58,716 nt of DNA, taken from positions 1-58,716 of the forward strand of contig JBJDXI010000054.1 in the NCBI GenBank assembly GCA_051866595.1, read 5' to 3'. Of this stretch, positions 27,749-37,488 are shown in pieces. The notes under the pieces were generated by a model, which was not told where the DNA came from, made no database searches, and was given only the letters and a program-made list of their open reading frames with translations. Positions within the stretch are counted from its first letter, which is position 1; every line of letters begins with the position of its first letter. Source of the DNA: Clostridia bacterium. GTDB taxonomy: Bacteria; Bacillota; Dehalobacteriia; UBA7702. The position numbers and the translations under genes are program-made.

Positions 27749-30100
27749 TTATTTCAGTTTCGCGATAGTCACACCGGCTCCGCCTTCGTAATATCCGCCG
27801 AGACGCTGTTCTTTCACACGATGATCTCTTTTCAAATAATCATGAACCATTTTTTTCAGAACACCGGTTCCCAGGCCGTGAATGATCTTGATTTCTTCCA
27901 AATTTGCCAGACAGGCGTCATCAAGGAATTTGGAAAGTTCTTCCTCCGCCTCATCGGCGGTCATGCCCCGGAGACTGATTTCATTTTTTACGGTCCGGGC
28001 TTTGGCCGCCTTCATGTGGCTCTGATAGGTATTGGATGTATCTTCTTTTTTATTTGTCACGGCTCGAAGTTCCGAAAGACGCATCGTTACTTTCATGATA
28101 CCGGCCTGAATCAAAACTTCATTTTTGCTGACAATATCCAGAACGACAGCGTTTTTGTTGAGACGGGGAATATAAACCTCGTCCCCTTTTTCCACTTTTT
28201 TAAGCTTTTCACCGCCATATACCGTTTCTTCGGGTTTGGAAGCGAGATCCTCAATCTTCTTTTTCTTCGCTTTGACGACGGTCATCACTTTTTCCCGTTC
28301 TTTGGCGGAAACATCCGAAAGCATGGATTTGATTTCCCGGAGTGCCTCATCGGCTTCACGACGTTTTTCCCGCACCAAACGGTCAGCCCGTTCTTCGGCT
28401 TTACGCATCAGGTTCGCTTCTTTTTCCTTAAGCTCTTTCTCACGGCGGGCCATGTCCCGTTCCACCGTTTCCAGCTTCGCCTTAAGCTCTTCGGCCTCAC
28501 GTTTGGCTTTTTCCGTCCGGGCGCGGCCTTCCTCCAGATTGGCAAGGAAATCGTGGACTTCTTTCTGCTCCTTACTCATATATTCATCGGCTTTGAGCAC
28601 CACATTTTTGTCAACACCCAGACTTAACGCAATATCAAAAGCATTGCTCCGACCGGGGATTCCCATGAGCAAACGATAGGTGGGACGCAGCGTATCCACA
28701 TCAAATTCCACACTGGCGTTGGCCAGACCGGGATTGTTATAGGCATAGGCCTTTAATTCACTGTAATGGGTCGTTACAAGAATTTTCACACCTTTGGCCA
28801 TCAGCGTATCAATAATGGCCATGGCAAGAGCGGCGCCTTCCACCGGATCGGTACCGGCACCGAGCTCGTCCAAAAGAACCAGATTGTTCCGGCCGGCTTT
28901 GGAAAGAATATCCACAATATTAACCATATGAGAAGAGAACGTACTCAAAGATTGCTCGATACTCTGCTCATCACCGATGTCGGCGTAAACGCCGCGGAAT
29001 ACGGAGACACTGCTCCGGTCGGAAGTGGGCAGATGAAGACCGGACTGAGCCATCAGAACAAAAAGTCCGGCAATTTTCAGGGACACGGTTTTCCCGCCGG
29101 TATTGGGACCGGTCACGATAATCCCTTTCAGATCGCTGTCCATGTCGAGATCAATAGGCACGGCCTTTTCCCCCAGCAAAGGATGGCGAGCTTTTTTCAG
29201 ATGAATCTCACCGGTATCGTTGAGAATCGGTTCAAAACCGTTCATTTTCAGACTGAGCTTTCCTTTGGCAAAGATAAAGTCCAGTTCCGCCATGATTTCA
29301 AGATTGGCTTTCAGTTCTGCGGCGTTGGCACCGACCAGACCGGAAAGCCGGGTCAGAATGCGGTGAACCTCGGTTTCTTCCTCACTGTGTAGTTTTCGCA
29401 GATCATTATTCAGATCAAGAACCGACATAGGTTCAATAAACAGCGTAGCTCCGCTGGCGCTCTGATCGTGAACAAGACCGGGCACCTGATTGCGGTATTC
29501 CTGTTTCACGGGTACAACATAGCGGTCATTCCGTATCGTAATGATGTTTTCCTGCAGATACTGATTCTGATTGGAATTTTTCAGCAAATTATCAAGTTTT
29601 TCACGGATACGGTCATTGGTGCGGCGGATTTTTCGGCGGATGTCCGCCAATTCCGAAGAAGCGCTGTCCAATACTTCACCATCTTCGCCAATGGCCTCCT
29701 CAATGGCGCTTTCCAGCGAATTGATAAAAACAATCCGAGAGGCGAGACCTTTGATAATCGGGTAATCTTCTTTCGTCTGGGAAAGCGTCGTTTTTAACCT
29801 TTTCCCCGATTTTGAGGTGACCATAATATCACGGAGATGCGCACCGTCCAGAATCCCGTTTTTCTTTGCCAGGGCGACGGAATCCCGGATGTCCTTTACC
29901 GGACCGAGTCCGAAGTTGGGCAGATAGATCAGGACATTCCGGGCTTCGGTGGTTTCTCTCTGCCAGCCCTCCACAATGGCTTTATCCCGATGAGGCTGTA
30001 ATTTCTCGGCTTTTTCCCTGCCCAGAGCCGAGGAACATTCCGCGGTCAAAAACCCGATAATTTTATCATATTCCAATTTTTTCAATGATTTTTCATTCAT
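27749..30100 (-). CDS. mutS2: endonuclease MutS2 (MutS domain V ATPase plus C-terminal Smr domain)
   Basis: 783 aa with Walker A GPNTGGKT, LDELGAGTDP, a long coiled-coil and a C-terminal Smr domain (ISLRGMTADEA ... IIHGLGTGVLK). Confidence 0.93.
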   Translation of the reverse strand: MNEKSLKKLEYDKIIGFLTAECSSALGREKAEKLQPHRDKAIVEGWQRETTEARNVLIYLPNFGLGPVKDIRDSVALAKKNGILDGAHLRDIMVTSKSGKRLKTTLSQTKEDYPIIKGLASRIVFINSLESAIEEAIGEDGEVLDSASSELADIRRKIRRTNDRIREKLDNLLKNSNQNQYLQENIITIRNDRYVVPVKQEYRNQVPGLVHDQSASGATLFIEPMSVLDLNNDLRKLHSEEETEVHRILTRLSGLVGANAAELKANLEIMAELDFIFAKGKLSLKMNGFEPILNDTGEIHLKKARHPLLGEKAVPIDLDMDSDLKGIIVTGPNTGGKTVSLKIAGLFVLMAQSGLHLPTSDRSSVSVFRGVYADIGDEQSIEQSLSTFSSHMVNIVDILSKAGRNNLVLLDELGAGTDPVEGAALAMAIIDTLMAKGVKILVTTHYSELKAYAYNNPGLANASVEFDVDTLRPTYRLLMGIPGRSNAFDIALSLGVDKNVVLKADEYMSKEQKEVHDFLANLEEGRARTEKAKREAEELKAKLETVERDMARREKELKEKEANLMRKAEERADRLVREKRREADEALREIKSMLSDVSAKEREKVMTVVKAKKKKIEDLASKPEETVYGGEKLKKVEKGDEVYIPRLNKNAVVLDIVSKNEVLIQAGIMKVTMRLSELRAVTNKKEDTSNTYQSHMKAAKARTVKNEISLRGMTADEAEEELSKFLDDACLANLEEIKIIHGLGTGVLKKMVHDYLKRDHRVKEQRLGGYYEGGAGVTIAKLK

Positions 30101-32586
30101 TATTTTACCCCGCGATGAAAATGTCCCTTAGTATATCCCGGTGTCGGATATTTCGCCAGCTCTTCAAGGAGCAAATCCTTCTGATATTCTGTACCGGACA
30201 AAACCTGATCCCGGCCGGTTTTATAGAGGGCAATAATTTCCTTCAGCGACCCGATGTCGCAGAATTGTCCTTCAATCCGCCAGGAGGAAAATCCTTTTAA
30301 AGCGTTCAGCTCATCCAAAAGACAGAGCTCTCTGCAATTGAAAATATGGGCGTTATGATACAAGTCGCCAATGACGGGAAACCGCATCCCCATGCGATCA
30401 ACCAGATCATAACGATTGCCGTGACATTGAAGTCCGCAGGGCACTTTATTTTTCTCCTTACCGGCCACCGCGCCGATGACACAATGACGGCTGATCATCA
30501 TATGCATGGCGCCGTGAACAATCACCTCGCGCTCTCCAATGCCTTTCGCAAACCGTTCCAGCTGTTCTTTTGTCATTTCCGACGATGCCGTAACGGAATC
30601 AAATCCCATCCGTACCAGCTCTTCCGCGGAATAGCGGTTAAAAACGTTCGCGGAAAAATCAGCATTCACTTTTTCCATTTCCGGGTATTGTTCTTTCAGG
30701 CGGATATCCGCCGGCTGTCCTACCAGAAAACGGTGGAAACCGCTGTCCAACGCTTTTTCCAGTTGATGATAAAGCGGTTTATTCTTTGCATCCTGGGTAA
30801 TCTGGGGCAATGTAAAGAACAGTTTCCCTTCGTATTTTTCGTTGAGTTCCTTTAATTCTCCCCAAACGCTTTCATCGGGGAACGAAAAACCGAAATGCGG
30901 CGCGAAATACACACGGTCAGCGCCGGCTTCCAAAGCGGAACGCAGCTGATAAAGATCAGCTGTTTTAACGGTTATCAGCGGCACATTATTCTTTTTCCGT
31001 TCATCGTTGATCTCCAGAACGGCCTTTTTCTGATCCTGAAAATGGTAGTTGCGGATCACCGGATAGGCCGCAAAAAGCGCGCGATCAAATTCGGTGACAA
31101 TATCACGGCGCACCTGATTCAGAATACTGGCGGGTACCATAATATCATCATCCATGTCTGTCTTCAAGTCACGCAGCTCATAACCGCTGCCGCCGAGGCG
31201 GGAAAGCTGTTTGCGGATCATGGCTTCATCGGCAGGATGGTTCTTTGCTTTTTCCACCGTAAAGGCGGTTATCACCTCGGTTTGATGCCCAAAAGAATCA
31301 GAGGCACGTACCGAAAGCTTCTTTCCTTCTCTCGCCGTCACTTCAAAATCAAGAGCAATGTCATTGCTGAGGTTTTCAAAGCTGTTCATGGCGAAACGCA
31401 TCAGCTTGCTGTCATAGGTTTTGAATACGCGATCCCCCACCCGGATACGACCGGGCAGAAGGATTTCACAGGTCTGGCCTTTTTTCGCGGTTTCCACATT
31501 CTTTTTGTTTACTCTTAAATCAGTGATGGTGGAACCGAGACGTCCGCCGACTTTGACCCATATCTCAATACCGTCATTGACGCTGAGATCCTGATCCAGC
31601 GACAGTGTAACAACTTTATCATTAACCTTCGTCACTCTTCCCAAAAACATTCCCCGGTTATTGGGCTTTTCGTGACTCATCAGATCCAGCCCGGGATTTC
31701 CATGGAGATAACCCGGCGTAAATTTTCGGTTAAAGACCTGTTCCACAATGTTTTTATCTTCACCGTCCACCGCGGCAAGACCTTGGGCGACACGGTCGAT
31801 GGCCCGGCGGTAAACACGACCGACACTGGCCACATATTCCGGACGGCGCATCCGTCCTTCCACTTTCAGAGAACAAACCCCGGCTTCGGCCAGAACCTTC
31901 AATTCGTCCAAAGTATTGAGGTCTCTGGGACTCAACAGATGGGTTGGCTTTTTCGTCAGAGGGCGGCCGAAGCCGTCGGTCAATTCGTAAGGCAGTCGGC
32001 AGGGCTGGGCACATTGTCCCCGGTTGCCGCTGCGGCCACCAATGAGACTGCTCATGAGGCATTGACCGGAATAGCAGATGCACAGCGCGCCGTGGCAAAA
32101 GACCTCCAGTTCCATATCGGGTACTTCCCGATGGATCAGACGGATTTCTTCCAGCGTCACTTCACGGCTTAAAATCACCCGCCGGAAACCAAAATTATAA
32201 GCCCATTTCGCGCCGCGCACGTTATGAATAGACATCTGGGTACTGCCGTGCAAGCGCAAAGCAGGCAGGAGCGTTTTCACCGCCCCTGCCAGACCAATAT
32301 CCTGAACAATCAGACCGTCAATGCCAATGTCATAGAGAAATTTCACATAATCCAAGGCGTCTGCCATTTCCCCATCGGCAATCAGCGTGTTCATTGTCAC
32401 GTAGATACGAACACCGTATTTTTTACATAATTTTACTGCGGAACGCATTTCGCTTTCATCAAAATTTCCCGCGTTGGCCCGGGCACCGTAACGGTTACCT
32501 GCAAGATAAACCGCGTCGGCACCGTTGGCAACGGCTGCTTTCAGCGATTCCGGTTTTCCCGCGGGCAGCAGTAATTCTGTATTCAT
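30100..32586 (-). CDS. long-form U32-family protein (PF01136; annotated collagenase-like peptidase, likely Fe-S enzyme)
   Basis: The N-terminal U32 signature is ELLLPAGKPESLKAAVANGADAVYLAG ... YVTMNTL, with a Cys motif CICYSGQC-X15-CAQPC. A second U32-like half is present (ITVKTADLYQLRSALEAGADRVYF). Start at ATG 32586. The stop TAA shares 1 nt with the mutS2 ATG. Confidence 0.85.
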   Translation of the reverse strand: MNTELLLPAGKPESLKAAVANGADAVYLAGNRYGARANAGNFDESEMRSAVKLCKKYGVRIYVTMNTLIADGEMADALDYVKFLYDIGIDGLIVQDIGLAGAVKTLLPALRLHGSTQMSIHNVRGAKWAYNFGFRRVILSREVTLEEIRLIHREVPDMELEVFCHGALCICYSGQCLMSSLIGGRSGNRGQCAQPCRLPYELTDGFGRPLTKKPTHLLSPRDLNTLDELKVLAEAGVCSLKVEGRMRRPEYVASVGRVYRRAIDRVAQGLAAVDGEDKNIVEQVFNRKFTPGYLHGNPGLDLMSHEKPNNRGMFLGRVTKVNDKVVTLSLDQDLSVNDGIEIWVKVGGRLGSTITDLRVNKKNVETAKKGQTCEILLPGRIRVGDRVFKTYDSKLMRFAMNSFENLSNDIALDFEVTAREGKKLSVRASDSFGHQTEVITAFTVEKAKNHPADEAMIRKQLSRLGGSGYELRDLKTDMDDDIMVPASILNQVRRDIVTEFDRALFAAYPVIRNYHFQDQKKAVLEINDERKKNNVPLITVKTADLYQLRSALEAGADRVYFAPHFGFSFPDESVWGELKELNEKYEGKLFFTLPQITQDAKNKPLYHQLEKALDSGFHRFLVGQPADIRLKEQYPEMEKVNADFSANVFNRYSAEELVRMGFDSVTASSEMTKEQLERFAKGIGEREVIVHGAMHMMISRHCVIGAVAGKEKNKVPCGLQCHGNRYDLVDRMGMRFPVIGDLYHNAHIFNCRELCLLDELNALKGFSSWRIEGQFCDIGSLKEIIALYKTGRDQVLSGTEYQKDLLLEELAKYPTPGYTKGHFHRGVK

Positions 32587-32603
32587 CAATACATTTCTCC
32601 AAA

Positions 32604-33557
32604 TCAATTACGTTCCACACGCAGAAGACCGGAAGCGGCGATAATCTCCACGCCACGGGCTTTCAACGCGTCAAGGAACAGATTCAAACCAATACTGTCG
32701 CTGGCCATATGGCCGGCAATCACAACGTTGATATGGTATTTTTCAGCTTCTTCTCTGGCTTCGTCCCGCATATGCATGCATACGCAAGTACCGACACCAC
32801 GGGCAGAAAGCTCACGGTACATTTCTTTGGCCGTACCGGTACCGCCGGTCATTTCACAAAGAATCTTACCACAGGAATTCTCACGCTTCCCGCAAAGAAT
32901 GGTGGGGCCGTCCATATTGGCTCCGGCCATCTGATACTCCGGAATTTCATAAAGAAGATCCATAATATCGCCAACAGTCTCCGGCTGTTTTTCCGCGAAA
33001 AGGTCATCGAGAAATTTCTGAACCAGATTATCGCAGGGCGTATGAGAACTCATCATCGGCAGATCCAGCAAACGGGCGGCGTCCACCGCCCGCTGAAAAT
33101 TGGAAGCCATCAGACGGCGGCGAATTTCCTCAATCCGGGGCGCCATCACACCTTCGGCGATATTAACGGGAATTCCCTCTCCGGCAAAGATTTGAGACTG
33201 CATTTCCATAATATCACTGAGTCCCACAAGACCGGTTCCTTCGGGATGATGGGTCAGCACCATATCAACGTTCGCTCCTTTTTCCCGAAGGCGATCCGCC
33301 AATAAAATTTCCTGGGTTTCCATGTCCACGCCGCAGATCAGACCGTTGATTTCTTCCTCACCGCTGCCGTTGACGATGCGGGAATCGGCATAGGGATTGG
33401 TCAGTAACTCCGTGGGAAAAACTTCCTTTTCTTTTCCTTTCAAGCTGTCATAAATGCGTTTCTGGCGATCCAATTCCTTTTGGATGCCTTTTTCGCCCCG
33501 GGGATCCGCCGCGCGGCCCATGGCAATGGCAAGTTCATGAATTTCCTTTAATTTCAC
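32604..33557 (-). CDS. Nif3-like (DUF34) dinuclear metal centre protein
   Basis: 317 aa with metal-ligand contexts similar to the NIF3 family (VLTHHPEG, SSHTPCDN, IAGHMASD). Assignment is by motif recall only. Confidence 0.55.
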   Translation of the reverse strand: MKLKEIHELAIAMGRAADPRGEKGIQKELDRQKRIYDSLKGKEKEVFPTELLTNPYADSRIVNGSGEEEINGLICGVDMETQEILLADRLREKGANVDMVLTHHPEGTGLVGLSDIMEMQSQIFAGEGIPVNIAEGVMAPRIEEIRRRLMASNFQRAVDAARLLDLPMMSSHTPCDNLVQKFLDDLFAEKQPETVGDIMDLLYEIPEYQMAGANMDGPTILCGKRENSCGKILCEMTGGTGTAKEMYRELSARGVGTCVCMHMRDEAREEAEKYHINVVIAGHMASDSIGLNLFLDALKARGVEIIAASGLLRVERN

Positions 33558-33573
33558 AAAATCACGCTCCGTT

Positions 33574-33828
33574 TCAGATTTTCAAAGATTCCATTTCTTT
33601 CCGGAAATTTTCATAATCCGTTTCCAGATGACGATATTCATCCAACAGTTCCATGGAGATGAGCACCGCGGCTTTTACCACGGTTAAAGACGGGTTTTCT
33701 TCCCGCATCGTTTCGATACGTCCGTCGATGGTTTTCGCCAGATCCATCAGATATGCGTCATCATGGTCGGTTTTCAGATAGAAGCTCTGACCGCCGACGG
33801 TAACGGCAATTTTTTTCTGTTCTGCCAT
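33574..33828 (-). CDS. zapA: cell division protein ZapA
   Basis: 84 aa. IAVTVGGQSFYLKTDHDDAYLMDLAKTIDGRIETM followed by a coiled-coil tail. Conserved position downstream of pheST. Confidence 0.85.
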   Translation of the reverse strand: MAEQKKIAVTVGGQSFYLKTDHDDAYLMDLAKTIDGRIETMREENPSLTVVKAAVLISMELLDEYRHLETDYENFRKEMESLKI

Positions 33829-33849
33829 GGCAATTCCCCTTTCTTTTCC

Positions 33850-36279
33850 TCAGGAGCGCAGGACAATACCGAATTTCTGATTCAGCTGTTCTTTGATGGT
33901 TTCCACAACAGCGCTGACCTCTTCCGCTTTCAATGTGCGTTCTTTCGCCTGGAATACGAGGTTATAAGCAAGACTCTTCTTGCCGGCTTCAATGCGGTCC
34001 CCTTCATAAATATCAAAGAGCTTAATCTGTTTTAAATATTCACCGCCGACCTCGGTGATGGTTTTTTCAATCTGGCCGGCTTCCAAACCCTTGTCTGCAA
34101 CAAAGGCAAGGTCGATTTCGACGGCGGGGAATTTGGAAATGGCTTCGTAAACGATTTCCTTATCCGCCCGTTCAACAAGAACTCTCATATCCAATTCAAA
34201 GACGACGGCTTTCTGAGGCAGATCATAATTGGCGGCAACTACGGGATGAAGTTCACCGAGATAACCCACGGTTTTACCGTCAATCAAAACATCACAGCCT
34301 CTGCCGGGATGCAGGAAGGGTTCGATGTGATCCGTGGAAACGCTGAGACCGTCAATACGCAGAGCGGCCAAAAGCTCTTCCAGAACACCTTTCATATAAT
34401 AGAAATCCTTCACGGCTTTTTCACCGTTCCAGCCTTTGCTGAATTCACCGCTGACCAGCGCCGTCAGCATGGCTTTTTCTTCGGGCAGTTTTTCGCCTTC
34501 CACGGGATAGTAACCGCTGGCAATTTCAAAGATGGAAAGATCCAGATTGCGGCGGCTCATGTTTCTGGCGGCGACACTGATGACGCCGGGAAGCACCATG
34601 GTGCGTACAACACCCTGCTCATCGCTGAAGGGGTTCATAATCACAACGCTGTTGCGGCGCGAATCATCTTCAGACAGAAGCAGCTGATCATAATGCTTTT
34701 TATTCATGAAACTGTAGGTCACCAGTTCGTCAAAGCCCATGGAAACCATGATGTTCCGCACTTTATCGGTGATTTTCTGTCTCTTGTTCTTTTTCCCTTC
34801 GGTCATCTGGCCGCTAGGGAGTGTGGCGGGAATTTTATCGTAGCCGTTCAGACGAGCCACTTCTTCGATGAGGTCCACTTCCCGTTCGATGTCCACACGG
34901 TAATGGGGAACGGTGACACGAAGACCGCCTTCGATGGCTTCATGTTGAAAAGCTAGGCTGTCCATCATCTGTACCATGGCTTCATCGGCAATTTCCACAC
35001 CGATGGTGGAGCGGGCATGATCGAAAATAAGATCGACTTTCGCTTCTTCAAAAGTACCTTCATAAGAATCGATGGTACCTTCCACCAAAGTACCGCCGGC
35101 CAATTCGCAGAGGAGCTGACAGATACGGTCGGAAGCCCGTTCCGCCGCTTCGATATCAATACCTTTTTCAAAACGGGAAGCCGCTTCGGAGGGCAAACCC
35201 AGTTTACGCGAGGTCAGACGAATGGATTTGGGATAGAAATAAGCACATTCAATGAGGATATTCTTTGTATTTTCGGTAATTTCGGTATTCTGACCGCCCA
35301 TGACACCGGCAACGCCGATGGCTTTTTCACCGTCACAGATCAGAAGCATATCGTTGGTGAGATCGCGTTCCTGATCATCAAGGGTAATGATTTTTTCTCC
35401 TTCTTCGGCCCGGCGGACGATAATCTGATGACCGGCGATGGTGTCGTAGTCAAAAGTATGGGAAGGCTGATTCATTTCCAGCATGACATAGTTGGAAATG
35501 TCAACAATATTGCTGATGGAACGAATCCCCGCGGCGGCCAGACGATGGCGCATCCACATAGGCGAAGGACCGATTTTAATATCTTTCACCATTTTCGCGG
35601 TGTAACGGGGACAGAGGTCTTTATCCTTGACTTCCACTTTGGCGAGATCATGGATATTCTCTTCGGCTTTGGGCAATTCGATTTCCGGCAGTGTCAGGGG
35701 CTTGCCGCTGATGGCGGCCACTTCTCTGGCCACGTTGATCACGGAAAGACAGTCGGCACGGTTGGGCGTCAGCTCAAATTCAAGAATCGCGTCGTCAAGA
35801 TTCAAAGCGGTGACAATATCTTCCCCAACGGTAAGGTCATCGGGAAGGATAAAGATGCCGCCGTCGCTTTCAGCTGTGGCCAGACCTTCGGGAATCTGCA
35901 GTTCCGTCACGGAACAGAGCATCCCTTCGGAAGTCACACCGGCTTTGTCGGCTTCTTCGATATGAAAACCACCGGGAAGATCGGCGCCGATAAGGGCCAG
36001 CGGCACTTTGATGCCGACACGAACATTGGGCGCACCGCAGACGATGGTCAGATCTTCGCCTTTACCGGCATCCACTTTGCAGACATGCCATTTGGTATGT
36101 TTGGGGTCCGGATGATTTTCCACGGATTTAATCTGAGCAACAACAACGTTTTTAATACCTTTATTGAAATATTCAATCCCTTCCACACTGAGACCGACAA
36201 AGGTCAGACGGTCCGCCAGTTCTTCGGGACTCCAATCCACGGGAACAAGGGATTTTAACCACTGATAGGATACATTCAT
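33850..36279 (-). CDS. pheT: phenylalanine--tRNA ligase beta subunit
   Basis: 809 aa with the MNVSYQWLK start, a tRNA-binding OB domain, B3/4 and B5 domains, and a C-terminal FDX-ACB domain. Confidence 0.96.
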   Translation of the reverse strand: MNVSYQWLKSLVPVDWSPEELADRLTFVGLSVEGIEYFNKGIKNVVVAQIKSVENHPDPKHTKWHVCKVDAGKGEDLTIVCGAPNVRVGIKVPLALIGADLPGGFHIEEADKAGVTSEGMLCSVTELQIPEGLATAESDGGIFILPDDLTVGEDIVTALNLDDAILEFELTPNRADCLSVINVAREVAAISGKPLTLPEIELPKAEENIHDLAKVEVKDKDLCPRYTAKMVKDIKIGPSPMWMRHRLAAAGIRSISNIVDISNYVMLEMNQPSHTFDYDTIAGHQIIVRRAEEGEKIITLDDQERDLTNDMLLICDGEKAIGVAGVMGGQNTEITENTKNILIECAYFYPKSIRLTSRKLGLPSEAASRFEKGIDIEAAERASDRICQLLCELAGGTLVEGTIDSYEGTFEEAKVDLIFDHARSTIGVEIADEAMVQMMDSLAFQHEAIEGGLRVTVPHYRVDIEREVDLIEEVARLNGYDKIPATLPSGQMTEGKKNKRQKITDKVRNIMVSMGFDELVTYSFMNKKHYDQLLLSEDDSRRNSVVIMNPFSDEQGVVRTMVLPGVISVAARNMSRRNLDLSIFEIASGYYPVEGEKLPEEKAMLTALVSGEFSKGWNGEKAVKDFYYMKGVLEELLAALRIDGLSVSTDHIEPFLHPGRGCDVLIDGKTVGYLGELHPVVAANYDLPQKAVVFELDMRVLVERADKEIVYEAISKFPAVEIDLAFVADKGLEAGQIEKTITEVGGEYLKQIKLFDIYEGDRIEAGKKSLAYNLVFQAKERTLKAEEVSAVVETIKEQLNQKFGIVLRS

Positions 36280-36294
36280 CTTTCAAAAGCCTCC

Positions 36295-37326
36295 TCAAAA
36301 TTCTCCCAGGAAACGAACGTCGTTGTCATAGAAAACACGAAGATCGTCAATACCGTATTTCAGCATGGCAATGCGTTCCACACCTAAACCGAAAGCAAAG
36401 CCCCGGAGTTTGGTGCTGTCGTAGCCCGCCATTTCAAGGACGTTGGGATGGACCATACCGGCGCCTAAGATTTCAATCCAGCCGGTATCACTGCAGGTAC
36501 GGCAGCCTTTACCACCGCAGATACCGCAGGAAACATCCACTTCGGTGCTGGGCTCGGTAAACGGAAAGTAACTGGGACGGAGGCGGATTTCACGGTCTTC
36601 ACCAAAGAGCTGACGCATCACTTTGAGAAGCGTCCCTTTCAGATCGGCCATGGAGATATTTTCATCAATCACAAGACCTTCCACCTGATGGAACATGGGG
36701 GAATGGGTGGCGTCATCGTCTCTGCGGAATACGCGGCCGGGGCAGATCACTTTCACGGGATATTCCGGTACTTTCGCCGCCATCGTTCTCACCTGCATCG
36801 GCGAGGTATGGGTACGGAGCAGCGTATCTTCGGTAATATAGAAAGAGTCCTGCATATCCCGGGCGGGATGATCTTTCGGAAGGTTCAGACCTTCAAAGTT
36901 ATTGTAATCATTTTCCACTTCGGGGCCTTCGCCGATTTCATAGCCCATGCCGAGAAAGATCTCTTTGATTTCTTCGATGATTTTGCTGATGGGATGAATA
37001 TGGCCGGCTTCGATCTTTGTGCCGGACAGCGTCACATCAATTTTTTCCGCTTCGATCTGCTCTTTCAGTGCCGACTCTTTCAACGCTTTGGTTTTGGCCG
37101 CGATCACTTCTTCCAAAGCCTGGCGGATTTCATTGGCTATCTGACCGACTTTGGGACGGTCCTCGCCGCTGAGTTTGCCCATGCCTTTGAGAATTGCCGT
37201 CAATTCACCTTTTTTGCCAAGGTATTTTACGCGCAGATCATTTAATGCATCCTGATTTTCAACTTGTTCAAACTGAGATTTCGCTTCTTCCTCAATTCGT
37301 TTCAAGTCCGCCAACATCTGTTCCAA
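36295..37326 (-). CDS. pheS: phenylalanine--tRNA ligase alpha subunit
   Basis: Class II motifs are present ([31 protein letters not shown]). Start set at TTG 37326 (MEQMLADLK), 8 nt after AAGGAGG. ATG 37317 is the alternative. The track ORF extending to 37440 reads through the leader. Confidence 0.93.
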   Translation of the reverse strand: MEQMLADLKRIEEEAKSQFEQVENQDALNDLRVKYLGKKGELTAILKGMGKLSGEDRPKVGQIANEIRQALEEVIAAKTKALKESALKEQIEAEKIDVTLSGTKIEAGHIHPISKIIEEIKEIFLGMGYEIGEGPEVENDYNNFEGLNLPKDHPARDMQDSFYITEDTLLRTHTSPMQVRTMAAKVPEYPVKVICPGRVFRRDDDATHSPMFHQVEGLVIDENISMADLKGTLLKVMRQLFGEDREIRLRPSYFPFTEPSTEVDVSCGICGGKGCRTCSDTGWIEILGAGMVHPNVLEMAGYDSTKLRGFAFGLGVERIAMLKYGIDDLRVFYDNDVRFLGEF

Positions 37327-37352
37327 TGTCGTTTCCTCCTTCAACACTCGTC

Positions 37353-37393
37353 GATATAAAAATAAAAGAATCTTCGTCCCTGCAAAGATTCTT
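37353..37393 (-). terminator. intrinsic terminator-like hairpin inside the pheS leader (candidate attenuator)
   Basis: Perfect 9-bp stem AAGAAUCUU / AAGAUUCUU with a 10-nt loop UGCAGGGACG, followed by UUUAUUUUUAU on the minus-strand RNA. It lies 27 nt before the pheS SD. Confidence 0.65.
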
Positions 37394-37459
37394 ATCATCA
37401 CATAGGGACGGTACATAATTCTGTGACAGGATGGATTCATTCCATCATATCAATAGATT

Positions 37460-37488
37460 ATTATACCAAACCCATTGTGTTATTTCAA
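37460..37488 (-). promoter_or_regulatory. sigma-A promoter upstream of the pheS leader
   Basis: Minus strand reads TTGAAA (37488-37483), a 17-nt spacer, then TATAAT (37465-37460). The -35 overlaps the stop codon of the upstream methyltransferase gene. Confidence 0.65.

Noticed and set aside
35017-36258. 413-aa ORF antisense to pheT. Similar ORFs lie antisense to dinG (56722-57936), to GNAT/mutS2 (27560-28627) and to the Nif3-like gene (32394-33305)
   Set aside because: Each is in the codon-aligned antisense frame of a confidently identified sense gene. The residues modulo 3 match in every case I checked. They have no SD or promoter context and a shadow-ORF composition.
37327-37440. N-terminal extension of pheS (track ORF starting at 37440, [15 protein letters not shown]...)
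   Set aside because: The extension contains the leader terminator hairpin, has no SD, and is unlike PheS N-termini. A strong AAGGAGG sits 8 nt before TTG 37326, which gives the family-typical start.
37327-37488. T-box riboswitch or Phe-rich leader peptide upstream of pheS
   Set aside because: The leader is only about 110 nt. I found no T-box consensus, no specifier-loop context with UUC, and no separate Phe-rich short ORF (only ATG-ATG-GAA-TGA). It is therefore reported as an unexplained attenuator candidate instead.
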